Positions 1 through 13,715 of a stretch of DNA of 64,000 nt are shown piece by piece (the stretch's first letter is position 1; each line of letters begins with the position of its first letter). The notes beneath the pieces were generated by a model, which was not told the origin of the DNA, did not search any database, and was given only the letters and a program-made list of their open reading frames with translations. The stretch lies in assembly GCF_009914755.1 (NCBI RefSeq), contig NC_060935.1; one strand, written 5' to 3'. The translations under genes and the position numbers were made by a program. This DNA comes from the human T2T-CHM13v2.0 reference genome, Homo sapiens.

Positions 1-314
1 TGGCAGTACTCAATGTATAATGTGAAACATTTTATAAATGGTGTTACAAATCAGTTTTGTTTATTTTTATACAATGTTTTAGCAGGAGGGAGAGCTAACA
101 GAAGTGGTCTCTTAACACCAAATAAGAACTAATTTTTTGTCAGTGTGAAGTAATGCTGTGATTTTTTTTTTAATGAATAGTTTTGAAATTAAGACTACTG
201 TTTGAAAATTAGGGTTTTGTTTTTTTTTCTTTCAGCATACCACTTCATAACTGTTCAGTTTGTACAGTTTGTTCCCCCTGTTATACCCAGTTGAGCTTGT
301 TTGTTTCTTCACAG

Positions 315-553
315 ACAAGAAAAGAGCTCTTCAGGTCTAAATCATATCTTAGCAGCTCTTACTATCTTCCTCAAGACTTTGGCTGTCAACTTTCGAATTC
401 GAGTGTGTGAATTAGGAGATGAAATTCTTCCCACTTTGCTTTATATTTGGACTCAACATAGGCTTAATGATTCTTTAAAAGAAGTCATTATTGAATTATT
501 TCAACTGCAAATTTATATCCATCATCCGAAAGGAGCCAAAACCCAAGAAAAAG
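315..553 (+). CDS. ATM: ATM exon 7 (c.663-901)
   Basis: cag|ACAAG...AAG|gtataa; 239 nt; encodes [15 protein letters not shown]...GAKTQEK of ATM. Confidence 0.97.
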
Positions 554-1348
554 GTATAAAGGAAATGTTTACTGTTTTGAATTTGCTTCTTCATTCAAAC
601 ATAGAAGTCTAAGTATAAAATTAGTGTTCTTTAGGAGGATATGACTTTCCTCTGGATTTCTCTGGTTGATAATGTTACTTAGCCATGAGAATGTTTTTCA
701 TAGAGTTTTTAGAATTTGAAGCAGTGGTAGCAGATTCTGTTATGCCTTTCTATTTGTTCAATACAATATTAGGTATTATGGGAAATACAAAAAAATCTGA
801 GACATTGTTCCCTCTAGGAGCTACTTATGCATCAATACTTAGATACTAAGGGGTCTGACACAGACTGTAGGGCAAAAGAATTTAAAGAAAGCAGGATCTT
901 GTTTATCCACCTATTACTTTTATTAGAAGATAAAATACGTAAATTGGACTAAAACCAGTCAGATTATTCAGCTCCTGAGGAAGATACATACATATTACTT
1001 TAATAGGAATTTGAGGCAGAAACAGGGAAATTGCTGCCTTAAGCCTCATAGTTACTCTAGGGCCCTGTTTGCCCTAGAGTATCACTTGTTAAGGAGAATC
1101 ACTTATTCTCCTTAATTCCTTCATATATGTCCTATACCAAGAGAGTATTGCCCAGAAGGTATAGTGCTTTTCTGTAGTTAGGAACTTTATTGGCTGGAAC
1201 TGGAGTTTCCTCTTGCTCTGTCTATGATTGCCTTTGGGCTTATACTAGCCTTTGGACCAACTCATCATGGCTAGTATAGTGACTTTCTTAAAACAGCATA
1301 CCACATTGAGTAATAGCAGCTATAATGGAGGAAATGTCTTGTAGCCAC

Positions 1349-1650
1349 TTTTTTTTTTTTTTTTTTTTTGAGACAGAGTCTCACTCTGTCGCCCAGGCTG
1401 AAGTGCAGTGACGCAATGTTAGCTCACTGCAACCTCCGCCTCCTGGGTTCAAGCAATTCTCCTGCCTCAGCGTTCTGATTAGCTGGGATTACAGATGCCC
1501 GGCACCATGCCCAGCTAATTTTTGTATTTTAATAGGGATGGGGTCTCACCATGTTGGCCAAGCTGGCCTTGAGCTCCTGACCTCAAACCATCCACCCGCC
1601 TCAGCCTCCCAAAGTGCTGAGATTACAGGCATGAGCCACTGTGCCCGGCC
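1349..1650 (-). mobile_element. AluS
   Basis: Full dimer, T-tail, TSD TGTAGCCACT. Confidence 0.92.
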
Positions 1651-1979
1651 GTGTAGCCACTTTTTATCAAAAGTAGCTGTGTATTTGTTTTATGGGCTCT
1701 TCTAATAAGTATATCTAGATAATATGTAGCCCATGAAACTACTATAAGTGAAAGAATAGTGACTTTTAATAGTTTTTCATCTTTTACTCACCTCTTATCT
1801 CCAGGATGAAGATCAGGCTTATTAGGAGGTGATATGATATGTTTAGGGATTTAGTTAACTGCATATTTAGGGTGAATTTAAAATTGGCAGGATGATGAGG
1901 ATGCCAGAAAAGCTAATGTAGTTTCAGACTACTTTAATAGATTTTGTAGTACCTTGTTTGTGAGAAATAATAGACCTTT

Positions 1980-2400
1980 TGTTTCGCATACTAGTCAAGC
2001 CACAGTTGGATTACCATGTTCACCAGATTTTGTATAGTCAGCATTTTAAGTTGACTGGAATGTGTCTTGGGAAAGATGACTGAAATGGTGAGAAGTCTGA
2101 ATAATATGTCATTTTTACACTAGTTGAAGGAACTTGTAATATTTTTCTCTTAGGCCAGAAAAAGGCATACGGAGAACTTGGTCCTCATATGAAAGAGGGA
2201 ACATATTAATTGTATTTGCCTCAGGTGGGAGAATAAATTGGAGAAAGACAGATTTTAGGTCAGAATATGGAAGAAATTTATAAGAAACACAGTTATCTAA
2301 ATGTAAAATGGACAGTTATGAAATAGAGTTTGTCAAGGATCTTGTCAGAAGAGGCATTAGTACTGAATGGAAGGTTGGACCAGGTGTCTTCTAACGCTGA
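1980..2400 (+). mobile_element. Possible L3/CR1 3' relic
   Basis: Degenerate CR1-like motifs (GTCAAGCCACAGTTGGATTAC, GGAAGGTTGGACCAG). Confidence 0.35.
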
Positions 2401-2490
2401 TGCAGCTTGACAGCTGAATAATTTTGTGGGAGCTAGCAGTGTAAACAGAGTACATACATAAAAATTACATTTTAATTTTTTGGATTACAG

Positions 2491-2654
2491 GTGCTTATGA
2501 ATCAACAAAATGGAGAAGTATTTTATACAACTTATATGATCTGCTAGTGAATGAGATAAGTCATATAGGAAGTAGAGGAAAGTATTCTTCAGGATTTCGT
2601 AATATTGCCGTCAAAGAAAATTTGATTGAATTGATGGCAGATATCTGTCACCAG
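2491..2654 (+). CDS. ATM: ATM exon 8
   Basis: cag|GTGCT...CAG|gtacag; 164 nt; [14 protein letters not shown]...ADICHQ. Confidence 0.97.
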
Positions 2655-2999
2655 GTACAGTAAGTAGGTCATGTCACATTTAGAAATTTCCTGTTAATTT
2701 TTTTTTTAAACTGGGCATTTTGGGCTTTTAAAACCTGTGTTCTCACAAAAAGCCTATAAAATGACTCTGTACATGCAACTATTCCTTTCAAACTATCAGA
2801 AATATTTGGAATTACCCTTTTAACTTAAAAGTTAATGCTTTTGCAGATATTTGAAAACTAACAATGAACTTTTTCATTCTTAAATGATTGTCTCTAGGAA
2901 ATAAGGTGACCCTAACCCTAATGATTCGATTCGACTCGACTGTATTCTACAAAGTGCTGGGATTACAGGCATGAGCCACCAAGCCCAGTCTGTTTCTTT

Positions 3000-3730
<731 letters not shown>

Positions 3731-4133
3731 GCCTAATGTTTCTTAAATAAAACTCTGTTCCCCAGAGATTTGGTTAACATCCTGAGTAGTAATTTCACTC
3801 TGTCAAATATTTTCTTAATATTTCTTAAAATTTCTTAAATTTAAAAAATTGAATCCCTTTGAAAGTAAAGGTTTTTGCTTTACTTTTAGATTTCTTAGTG
3901 CTTTTAGTAAATGTTCCCAGGAAATAAAACTAATGCATTACTTGGTAATACCTGCTTTCTAAAGTGCCATTACTGTCATGCAAAATGTTTGTTTCTTACT
4001 ATGTTATCAGATTTATATGTTTCTGTAATGTATTACTCTTGCTTTATGAGTTCCCTGTATCTTCATTTCAGAAAGAATTTTTTTTCCCCCTAATGAAATA
4101 TTAGAAGACAATAGCAATGAAAAAAGTGTATTT

Positions 4134-4429
<296 letters not shown>

Positions 4430-4459
4430 GAAAAAAGTGGATTTATTTTTATTTTACAG

Positions 4460-4629
4460 GTTTTTAATGAAGATACCAGATCCTTGGAGATTTCTCAATC
4501 TTACACTACTACACAAAGAGAATCTAGTGATTACAGTGTCCCTTGCAAAAGGAAGAAAATAGAACTAGGCTGGGAAGTAATAAAAGATCACCTTCAGAAG
4601 TCACAGAATGATTTTGATCTTGTGCCTTG
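4460..4629 (+). CDS. ATM: ATM exon 9 (S367 SQ site, KRKK NLS)
   Basis: cag|GTTTTT...TG|gtaaag; 170 nt; [15 protein letters not shown]...CKRKKIE...DLVP. Confidence 0.97.
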
Positions 4630-5657
4630 GTAAAGTGTTACCATTTTCTCATTCAGTGTCATTTTAATCTCTTGTATGTTATTTTTCAGAAAACTTTCAG
4701 TGGAATCCTTTCATCTCAACCAGAACTAAGTCATTTGTCTACCCCCAAACCTATTACTAGCAAAGGGATATGTGATTGCCATGACAAATGAGATCAATCA
4801 TTAATGGCTCATTTGCTTGGGCCAAGTGCAGGGCCACCTATTTTAATCATATTGTCATAGCAAGTTAAGAAGGAGGACTGGCTCTCTGATAGGCAATTAG
4901 AAGTGTGCACCTCATGGAATTCACTGAATTGTACGCTTCAACAATAGATTTTAGCATACGTAGCACCTTCTAATAGAATTAGGAAGAAGTTAAAGATAAT
5001 CTTAAGAAATCACAGAATAATTTTGACCTTATGCCATGATAAAAAGTTATTTTCTCTTATTTTCTATCTTCTTTATTCTCATGTAACGTTCACATATATT
5101 TAAGTAATCAAATAAATTATGGATACTTTGGAATCCCAAAATATTAGATCTGGTAAGGATGTTTAGAATTTATCTAGTTCAGCCTGTTTGCTTTACTGAA
5201 AAGAAACTGAAACCCAGAGAGGTTAAGCAACTTCTGTAAGGACAGAGATTTATAGATTATAGTCAAACTCGTGATCAGTGCTCTTTTGATTACCATGTTG
5301 ATGGAATGTTTAAGTGTAAGTGACTTCTGGGGAAAAGCATATTGATTTAGATACCTATTGCTTAAGCTCATTTTTATATAGTTAAGAGTAGCTATTTAAG
5401 ATTCTTAATTTGTCCTTTTAGTCAAGAGTAATTTATTGAACACCTGTTATGGGCTAAGCGTTAGATATACAGAGATGAATAACATAAGACTCCTATTCTT
5501 AAGTATCACACATTCTAGAGAATACACAGCAAATGTTTATTGGATTAACTGAATTAATGTAAAGGAAAAACAGTTTTTTGGGTTTCTTTGTTTTCCTGTT
5601 TTAGAGGAATCGTTTGGTGACTAAAGAGCAAGGATGTACAAGATAACTCAGAAATAA

Positions 5658-5972
<315 letters not shown>

Positions 5973-6206
5973 TAATATCCTTTAAAATATTTGTTTAAGG
6001 GAAACTTAACAGCTTACCCAGCTAGCCAAACGTTGACAATTTTCCTGCCAATTTAGGAAGTAGGACATAGTAACTATTAACAGCCAGTTTATTTTTAGAG
6101 TACTATGGAAATGATGGTGATTCTCTAATTAGGATATTGTAAGAGTACCATGTCTATATATTTCCTTTTAGTTTGTTAATGTGATGGAATAGTTTTCAAA
6201 TTATCC

Positions 6207-6222
6207 TTTTTTTTTTTTTTTT
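6207..6222 (+). repeat. T16 mononucleotide tract forming the exon 10 polypyrimidine tract
   Basis: cc(T)16ag directly before the exon. Confidence 0.95.
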
Positions 6223-6224
6223 AG

Positions 6225-6596
6225 GCTACAGATTGCAACCCAATTAATATCAAAGTATCCTGCAAGTTTACCTAACTGTGAGCTGTCTCCATTACTGATG
6301 ATACTATCTCAGCTTCTACCCCAACAGCGACATGGGGAACGTACACCATATGTGTTACGATGCCTTACGGAAGTTGCATTGTGTCAAGACAAGAGGTCAA
6401 ACCTAGAAAGCTCACAAAAGTCAGATTTATTAAAACTCTGGAATAAAATTTGGTGTATTACCTTTCGTGGTATAAGTTCTGAGCAAATACAAGCTGAAAA
6501 CTTTGGCTTACTTGGAGCCATAATTCAGGGTAGTTTAGTTGAGGTTGACAGAGAATTCTGGAAGTTATTTACTGGGTCAGCCTGCAGACCTTCATG
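6225..6596 (+). CDS. ATM: ATM exon 10
   Basis: T16ag|GCTAC...ATG|gtaagt; 372 nt; [12 protein letters not shown]...ACRPS. Confidence 0.97.
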
Positions 6597-6829
6597 GTAA
6601 GTTCAGCATGCATTATGTCTGACTTACAGATAAACACACACAGACACACACACACTCACATATCCCTGATCATTTTCATAGTTTGTTACTTCAGTTAAAG
6701 ATGTCAAATTCTATTTCAGATGCTTTTCTTGTTTGGCCGAGAAGACTTAATAAATGCATAAGTGAATTTAGTTTCAAATGTTGACAAATTATTAAAGACT
6801 AATGTTAAGGAATTTCTTTTTTAGTTAAA

Positions 6830-7080
6830 AAATTTTTAATTGATCTATAATAGAGTTATATATTATCAAGGTACATGTGATAATTTGACACACTCATATG
6901 ACACACTCATGTAGGGTGATGGGATATCAGCACCCTACGTATCTTTTCTTCATGCTAGGAACGTTTGAATTATTCTCTTCTTGCTGTTTGGAAATGTACA
7001 ATAGATTAATGTTAACCGTAGTCACCCTACTGATGTATCGGACACCAGGTCTTATTCCTTCTAATTGTATACGTGTATCC
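6830..7080 (-). mobile_element. L1MA-like 3' fragment
   Basis: GAAATGTACAATAGATTAATGTTAACCGTAGTCACCCTACTG...GGTCTTATTCCTTCTAA. Confidence 0.6.
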
Positions 7081-7360
7081 AAAAGACTTTCTTTAAAGAA
7101 TTATGAAGAGTTTAAATTTCTTTTATGTGCAATTTATCATTATTTATTAAATAGCCATGTTTAAATTGTAGTACTATGCACTGTTAATAAACGAGCTATT
7201 TTTTAATCAAGAATCTTCCCAAATGTAATCAGACTTTTAACAGTTTTTATGTTCATTTAGTCACCTTAACTAAATGTATGTGCCAGGCACTGTCCTGATA
7301 GATAAAGTCTTTGCCCCTCCAATAGCTTGCTTTTCACAATTGTCCTTTGTTTTGTTATAG

Positions 7361-7555
7361 TCCTGCAGTATGCTGTTTGACTTTGGCACTGACCACCAGT
7401 ATAGTTCCAGGAACGGTAAAAATGGGAATAGAGCAAAATATGTGTGAAGTAAATAGAAGCTTTTCTTTAAAGGAATCAATAATGAAATGGCTCTTATTCT
7501 ATCAGTTAGAGGGTGACTTAGAAAATAGCACAGAAGTGCCTCCAATTCTTCACAG
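7361..7555 (+). CDS. ATM: ATM exon 11
   Basis: tag|TCCTG...CAG|gtaatt; 195 nt; [10 protein letters not shown]...PPILH. Confidence 0.97.
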
Positions 7556-8340
7556 GTAATTTAAGTTCATTAGCATGCTGCTGTTTTTTTTGTTTGTTTT
7601 ATCAGGCTCTCTCCACTTATTTGATGCCAGATGGCTTTATTTTATAATAATAATGCAGAATTTCCCAGATCTAACCTTAATTATTAAATATTATGTTTGT
7701 TTTTACAGTTATCTGTGTCTTTATGCCTGATTGCTTCTGAAATAAAGGGTTGTCTCACTGTGAGAATATGGGGGATGTGCATGAAAAATGCACATATAAT
7801 TCTTTGAGCATTTATGTGTTCCTTTCTGATTTTTTAAATAAGTAAGTCCATATATTTGAGTCATGTAGATCCTGGATCCTTTCTCATAATGGGAGTGTCT
7901 TTTGGGTAAAAGATGTTTTATGAATGAGGTGAGGAAACGAGGAAGACAAAACAGGATGTAAGCACTAGGATAAAGGAATGGAGTCACTCGTCCACTTAAC
8001 CTTTCCACAGATTGGTAATTGGAACCAAATGATTGGAGAGCAGACCTCCGAATGGATCCAATTAAAGTACTTTTGCTTTAATTTTACAACCTTTTATTTA
8101 TTTCAGAAATAATGTTAAACATGCTGTTTCTAAACAGTATTGGAAATGATAATAACAATGGTTGTCCTCCTTAAATTGTCCTTTTAGATATTAAGAAATT
8201 TAGTATAGATGAAAGCAATTTTAATCTAGGATCCAAATTTTAGAAGTCAAGATTTATAGCTAAACATGGATGTTAAAGTTTAAAGTATTCTTTACATGGC
8301 TTTTGGTCTTCTAAGTGAAGCTTTTTGTTTTTCTTTGTAG

Positions 8341-8436
8341 TAATTTTCCTCATCTTGTACTGGAGAAAATTCTTGTGAGTCTCACTATGAAAAACTGTAA
8401 AGCTGCAATGAATTTTTTCCAAAGCGTGCCAGAATG
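8341..8436 (+). CDS. ATM: ATM exon 12
   Basis: tag|TAATT...ATG|gtatgt; 96 nt; [31 protein letters not shown]. Confidence 0.97.
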
Positions 8437-9337
8437 GTATGTTATCTAATAATGCTCTTTATCATTTTAAGCTATAGCTTTAATTACAAAGATGATAATT
8501 TTAGCTGGGTAGTAGCTGCATCTTAATAATTGTAAACTAAATTGGTCCAAAAAAATTGCAACTGTTAGCCAGGGAAGAGGTTGTTTTAATTCAGTGATTG
8601 TAATCTATGTTATATAACATTAGACCAAGCTTACTATTTTTTAATGCTGTATAGTATAATATGTGACAAGTGCCAATGAGAAAAACTGAATGGTTATGCT
8701 GGGAAATTAAGAATATAAAATTTATATGAAATAAGTTCTTAAAGATGTTACCCATTTCTGTACATCAACTATGATTTGACTATTTGTTAGCTTTAAAAAC
8801 TAATGATAATTGAAAACAAAAATAAATCTAAACCTGAGTTTAGTTGATTGACTCAAGAGACTTAGATTGTATTGCTGTGACTGAAAATGACTCACTGGCA
8901 CAAACATTCCTTATCTCCCTCAAGAGGGCAAAAGGATGCGTAACTGCTTACCTATACCAGATGTTAAAGGTTTTTAAACCTATGCTCTTTACTTCCTCTG
9001 CTTGGTGAAAAAAGGGATATGTTTGCAGACAATGTTATGCTTAACATTTATATCTGGTGTTTTTAAAAATACTTTCTGAATTTGCCTTTGAGATTATAAC
9101 TTGTATTTTTTCTCTATCTATTAGTAAAATTTGCTACTGAATAATGACATTTGATATAAGTAGGTCTCAAAGTCCGAAGAAGAGAAGCATTTAAAAGAAT
9201 AATCTATTAATTATATAAGTAGTCTTTGAATGATGTAGATACTAGGTTAATGTTTTCCTTTGTAATATATTGCTAATACATATAAGGCAAAGCATTAGGT
9301 ACTTGGTTTATATATTAAAGATCTTACTTTCTTGAAG

Positions 9338-9563
9338 TGAACACCACCAAAAAGATAAAGAAGAACTTTCATTCTCAGAAGTAGAAGAACTATTTCTTCA
9401 GACAACTTTTGACAAGATGGACTTTTTAACCATTGTGAGAGAATGTGGTATAGAAAAGCACCAGTCCAGTATTGGCTTCTCTGTCCACCAGAATCTCAAG
9501 GAATCACTGGATCGCTGTCTTCTGGGATTATCAGAACAGCTTCTGAATAATTACTCATCTGAG
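9338..9563 (+). CDS. ATM: ATM exon 13
   Basis: aag|TGAAC...GAG|gtgaga; 226 nt; [12 protein letters not shown]...NYSSE. Confidence 0.97.
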
Positions 9564-10185
9564 GTGAGATTTTTTAAAAAAAGAACTAAGCTTATATATG
9601 ATTCAACTTTGGTAAACTGTTAGGAAGGAGAAATAGGGGCAGGAAAAACAGCAAGGATGGTGGGAGGCTTCATTTTAAAAGCAAAGTGGCAGTAAAGGGC
9701 TCTAAATTGGACAACTTAGCATAATTAAAGGAAAACTCAAGAATAATAATTTGAGTACTTCCTTTGTACTGGAAATTATGGTAGACATAAAATAATTCCT
9801 TGTGTAGGTTAGTGAGGAATAGTAAGAGTTTGAGCATAGGGATTATATGATGAAAAAAACCTCTAAATACAAAGGAGGGAAATGTTACAGTAATAGAAAA
9901 GAACACGATGTAAACAAATCTAATAGATTTTGGTGGCATCTGAAGAGAGATGAGTGATTAGTAAAGACAATAAATGGACTAGCAATTATTTTAGACGTCA
10001 TCTAGGAATTTCCTTTAGCCTCAAAATCACGAGTTCTCTTCATGTATACTATTCTCTTGCCAAAACTTGCATTTTTTAAAATGTGAAATGTCTTTCTACC
10101 TATTTCTGTGTATTCAGATCATCCACATGTGAAAATCCTTGCTAACGCCTTTCTTAGAATCTCAGAAAGTAAGATTCTAAGAATT

Positions 10186-10472
10186 TTTATTTTTGAGACA
10201 GAGCCTCGCTCTGTTGCCCAGGCTGGAGTGCAGTGACGTGATCTTGGCTCACTGCAACCTCCGTCTTGCAGTTCAAGCAATTCTCCTGCCTCAGTCTTCC
10301 GAGTAGCTGGGACAGGCGAGTGCTACCACGCCCAGGTAATTTTTGTATTTTTAGTAGAGATGGGGTTTTGCTATGTTGGCCAGGCTGGTCTTAAACTCCT
10401 GACCTCAGGTGATGGACCCGCCTCAGCATCCCGAAGTGCTAGGATTACAGGCGTGAGCCACGGTGCCTGGCC
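10186..10472 (-). mobile_element. AluS
   Basis: Alu consensus match. Confidence 0.9.
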
Positions 10473-10946
10473 TAATAATTTTTCATCTTTTAATTTCATA
10501 GTACTTAATGTTTCACATTTTTAATGGCAGTTAGCATCTTCTTTATACCATGGATATTTACATATGGTTTGTATACAAATATCTCTTGAACTATAACTCT
10601 TAAACATAAACTCTTAAAAGGGCATACATGTTTTTATTTATCTTTATATCCTCCACAGTGCCTTATTACATGGTAAATGATTAAATAAAGCCTACAATCC
10701 ATTCAAAGGAGTGAATTCGGTAGCCAGGGAAAATGACTTGAGGACATGAGAGGGGACAGTGTGCCTCTTTATGATCTTTACTGACATTCTTCTGCACCAC
10801 AATTGTAACCACTTTCATTACAAAGTAATTTAGTTTTGTATATTTTCTCCTAAAATGCCGTTTCCTACCCTGTAGGAACAAAAAAAATCTGAACATTTTG
10901 TGTGTAACTTAGCAGATTCTTAGTAATTCTATAAAATTGTCTAAAC

Positions 10947-11248
10947 TTTTTTTTTTTTTTTTTTTTGAGATGGAGTCTTGCTCTGTTGCCCAGGCTGGAG
11001 TGCAGTGGCCTGATCTCGGCTCATTGCAACCTTCGCCTCCTGGGTTCAAGCAATTTTCCTGCCTCAGCCTCCTGAGTAGCTGAGATTATAGGTGCCTGCC
11101 ATCACGCCCTGCTAATATTTGTATTTTTAGTAGAGACAAGGTTTCACCACGTTAGCCAGGTTGGTCTCGAACTCCTGACCTCAGGTGATCTGCCCGCCTC
11201 GGCCTCCCAAAGTGTTGGGGTTGTAGGCGTGAGCCACCATGCCCGGCC
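10947..11248 (-). mobile_element. AluS
   Basis: Alu consensus match, T-tail. Confidence 0.9.
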
Positions 11249-11737
11249 AGCTGTCAAAACTTGTATCTACTAGAAAAAATGTTTTATGCTATTCTGTGGA
11301 GTCTAAAAAGCTGAATAAGTCAAGGTTCCTATTCTTCAGAAGCTTAAAATGTCATTTTAATGTCTCTTTATATGACTGTAATTTCTACTTGTGTTCTAAG
11401 ACTTACAGTCATTTATTTGCCTGTGAAGCTTTTTTTCTTTTCTTTCATCCCTACCTCAAATATTTAAGGGCCTATGTGTACAGTACACCCTCCACCCTAA
11501 GATGATATATCCTGCTTGGCCATCAGGAGATACTTAGGCTATTTTTCTTGAGAATCCTGGTTATAATTCTACAGTGATCTCCTAGTTGTTTTTAGAGCTA
11601 TCCAGGATATGCCACCTTTAACTCAGTTAACTGAACTTTTGTTTTTTAATATGTATGTAGAATTTGTTCTTACAAAAGATAGAGTATACTAAATTATTTA
11701 TGAAATATATATATTTTTATTTGTGGTTTACTTTAAG

Positions 11738-11863
11738 ATTACAAATTCAGAAACTCTTGTCCGGTGTTCACGTCTTTTGGTGGGTGTCCTTGGCTGCTAC
11801 TGTTACATGGGTGTAATAGCTGAAGAGGAAGCATATAAGTCAGAATTATTCCAGAAAGCCAAG
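11738..11863 (+). CDS. ATM: ATM exon 14
   Basis: aag|ATTAC...AAG|gtagga; 126 nt; [12 protein letters not shown]...FQKAK. Confidence 0.97.
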
Positions 11864-12034
11864 GTAGGAGAATTTATACTAATAAAGTTTCGGATAAATT
11901 TGAATGAAATGTATTCCTGTGAAAATTATTACATTTGTTTGGAAGACATTAAATTTTATGCAGGTTAACCCTTTCTCTTTTATTTATGTAATGTGAGAAG
12001 AAATTATACTATGTATTTTTTAAATTGTTTTAAT

Positions 12035-12726
12035 TGTTTAATTTTTAATTATTATTATACTTTAAGTTCTGGGGTACATGATGCAGAGCATGCAGGTTTG
12101 TTACATAGATATACAGTGCCATGGTGGTTTGCTGCACCCATCAACTCGTCATCTGCATTAGGTACTTCTCCTAATGTTATCCCTCCCCTAGCCCCCGACC
12201 CCCTGTCAGGCCCTGGTGTATAATGTTCCCCTCCCTGTGTCCATGTGTTCTCATTGTTCAGCTGCCACTTATGAGTGAGAACATGCAGTGTTTGTTTTTC
12301 TGTTCTTGTGTTAGTTTGCTGGGAATGATGGTTTCCAGCTTCATCCATGTCCCTGCAAAGGACATGAACTCATCCTTTTTTATGGCTGCATAGTATATCA
12401 TGGTGTATATGTGCCACATTATCTTTATCCGGTCTATCATTGATGGGCATTTGGGTTGCTTCCAAGTTTTTGCTGTTGTGAACAGTGCTGCAATAAACAT
12501 ACGTGTGCATGTGTCTTTATAGTAAAATGATTTATAATCCTTTGTGTATATACCCAGTAATGGGATTGCTGGGTCAAATGGTATTTCTAGTTCTAGATCC
12601 TTGAGGAATTGCCACACTGTCTTCCACAATGATTGAACTAATTTACACTCCCACCAACAGTGTAAAAGCATTCCTGTTTCTCCACATCCTGTCCAGCATC
12701 TGTTGTTTCCTGACTTTTTAATGATA
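12035..12726 (-). mobile_element. 5'-truncated L1PA 3' end (ORF2 C-terminus + 3'UTR)
   Basis: Minus ORF LLHCWWECKLVQSLWK...HCMFSLISGS; L1 3'UTR; A-rich tail. Confidence 0.9.
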
Positions 12727-13003
12727 GGCTGTAAGCATGAAACTCTTTCTTATCTCTTGGTAGTACTCTGTCACTGGTATGATTTGCAAGAACAGAGTAT
12801 AAGATTTGCCATTTTAAAAAATTGTTAATGAGTTTTGCTTATACTGTATGACTACGTGGAACTTCTAAAAACATTTCATTTTTTCTCTTAAGTGCACTTT
12901 ATTTTTTATTTTATAGTATGTCCAAGATCAAAGTACACTGTAAAAAGCAATACTAAACTATAATTTTAACTGGAATTTGCATTTTTCCTTCTATTCACAA
13001 TAG

Positions 13004-13129
13004 TCTCTAATGCAATGTGCAGGAGAAAGTATCACTCTGTTTAAAAATAAGACAAATGAGGAATTCAGAATTGGTTCCTTGAGAAATATGATGCAGCTAT
13101 GTACACGTTGCTTGAGCAACTGTACCAAG
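13004..13129 (+). CDS. ATM: ATM exon 15
   Basis: tag|TCTCT...AAG|gtaaga; 126 nt; [16 protein letters not shown]...SNCTK. Confidence 0.97.
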
Positions 13130-13144
13130 GTAAGATTTTCTTCT

Positions 13145-13715
<571 letters not shown>

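Noticed and set aside
975-1030. CTGAGGA...GAAA as a hammerhead ribozyme core
   Set aside because: No stem II between the motifs and no matching stems I/III with a cleavage triplet.
2154-2224. Possible 71-nt cryptic exon (tag|GCCAG...CAG|gtggga)
   Set aside because: Donor is mediocre and such pairs are common by chance; no other support.
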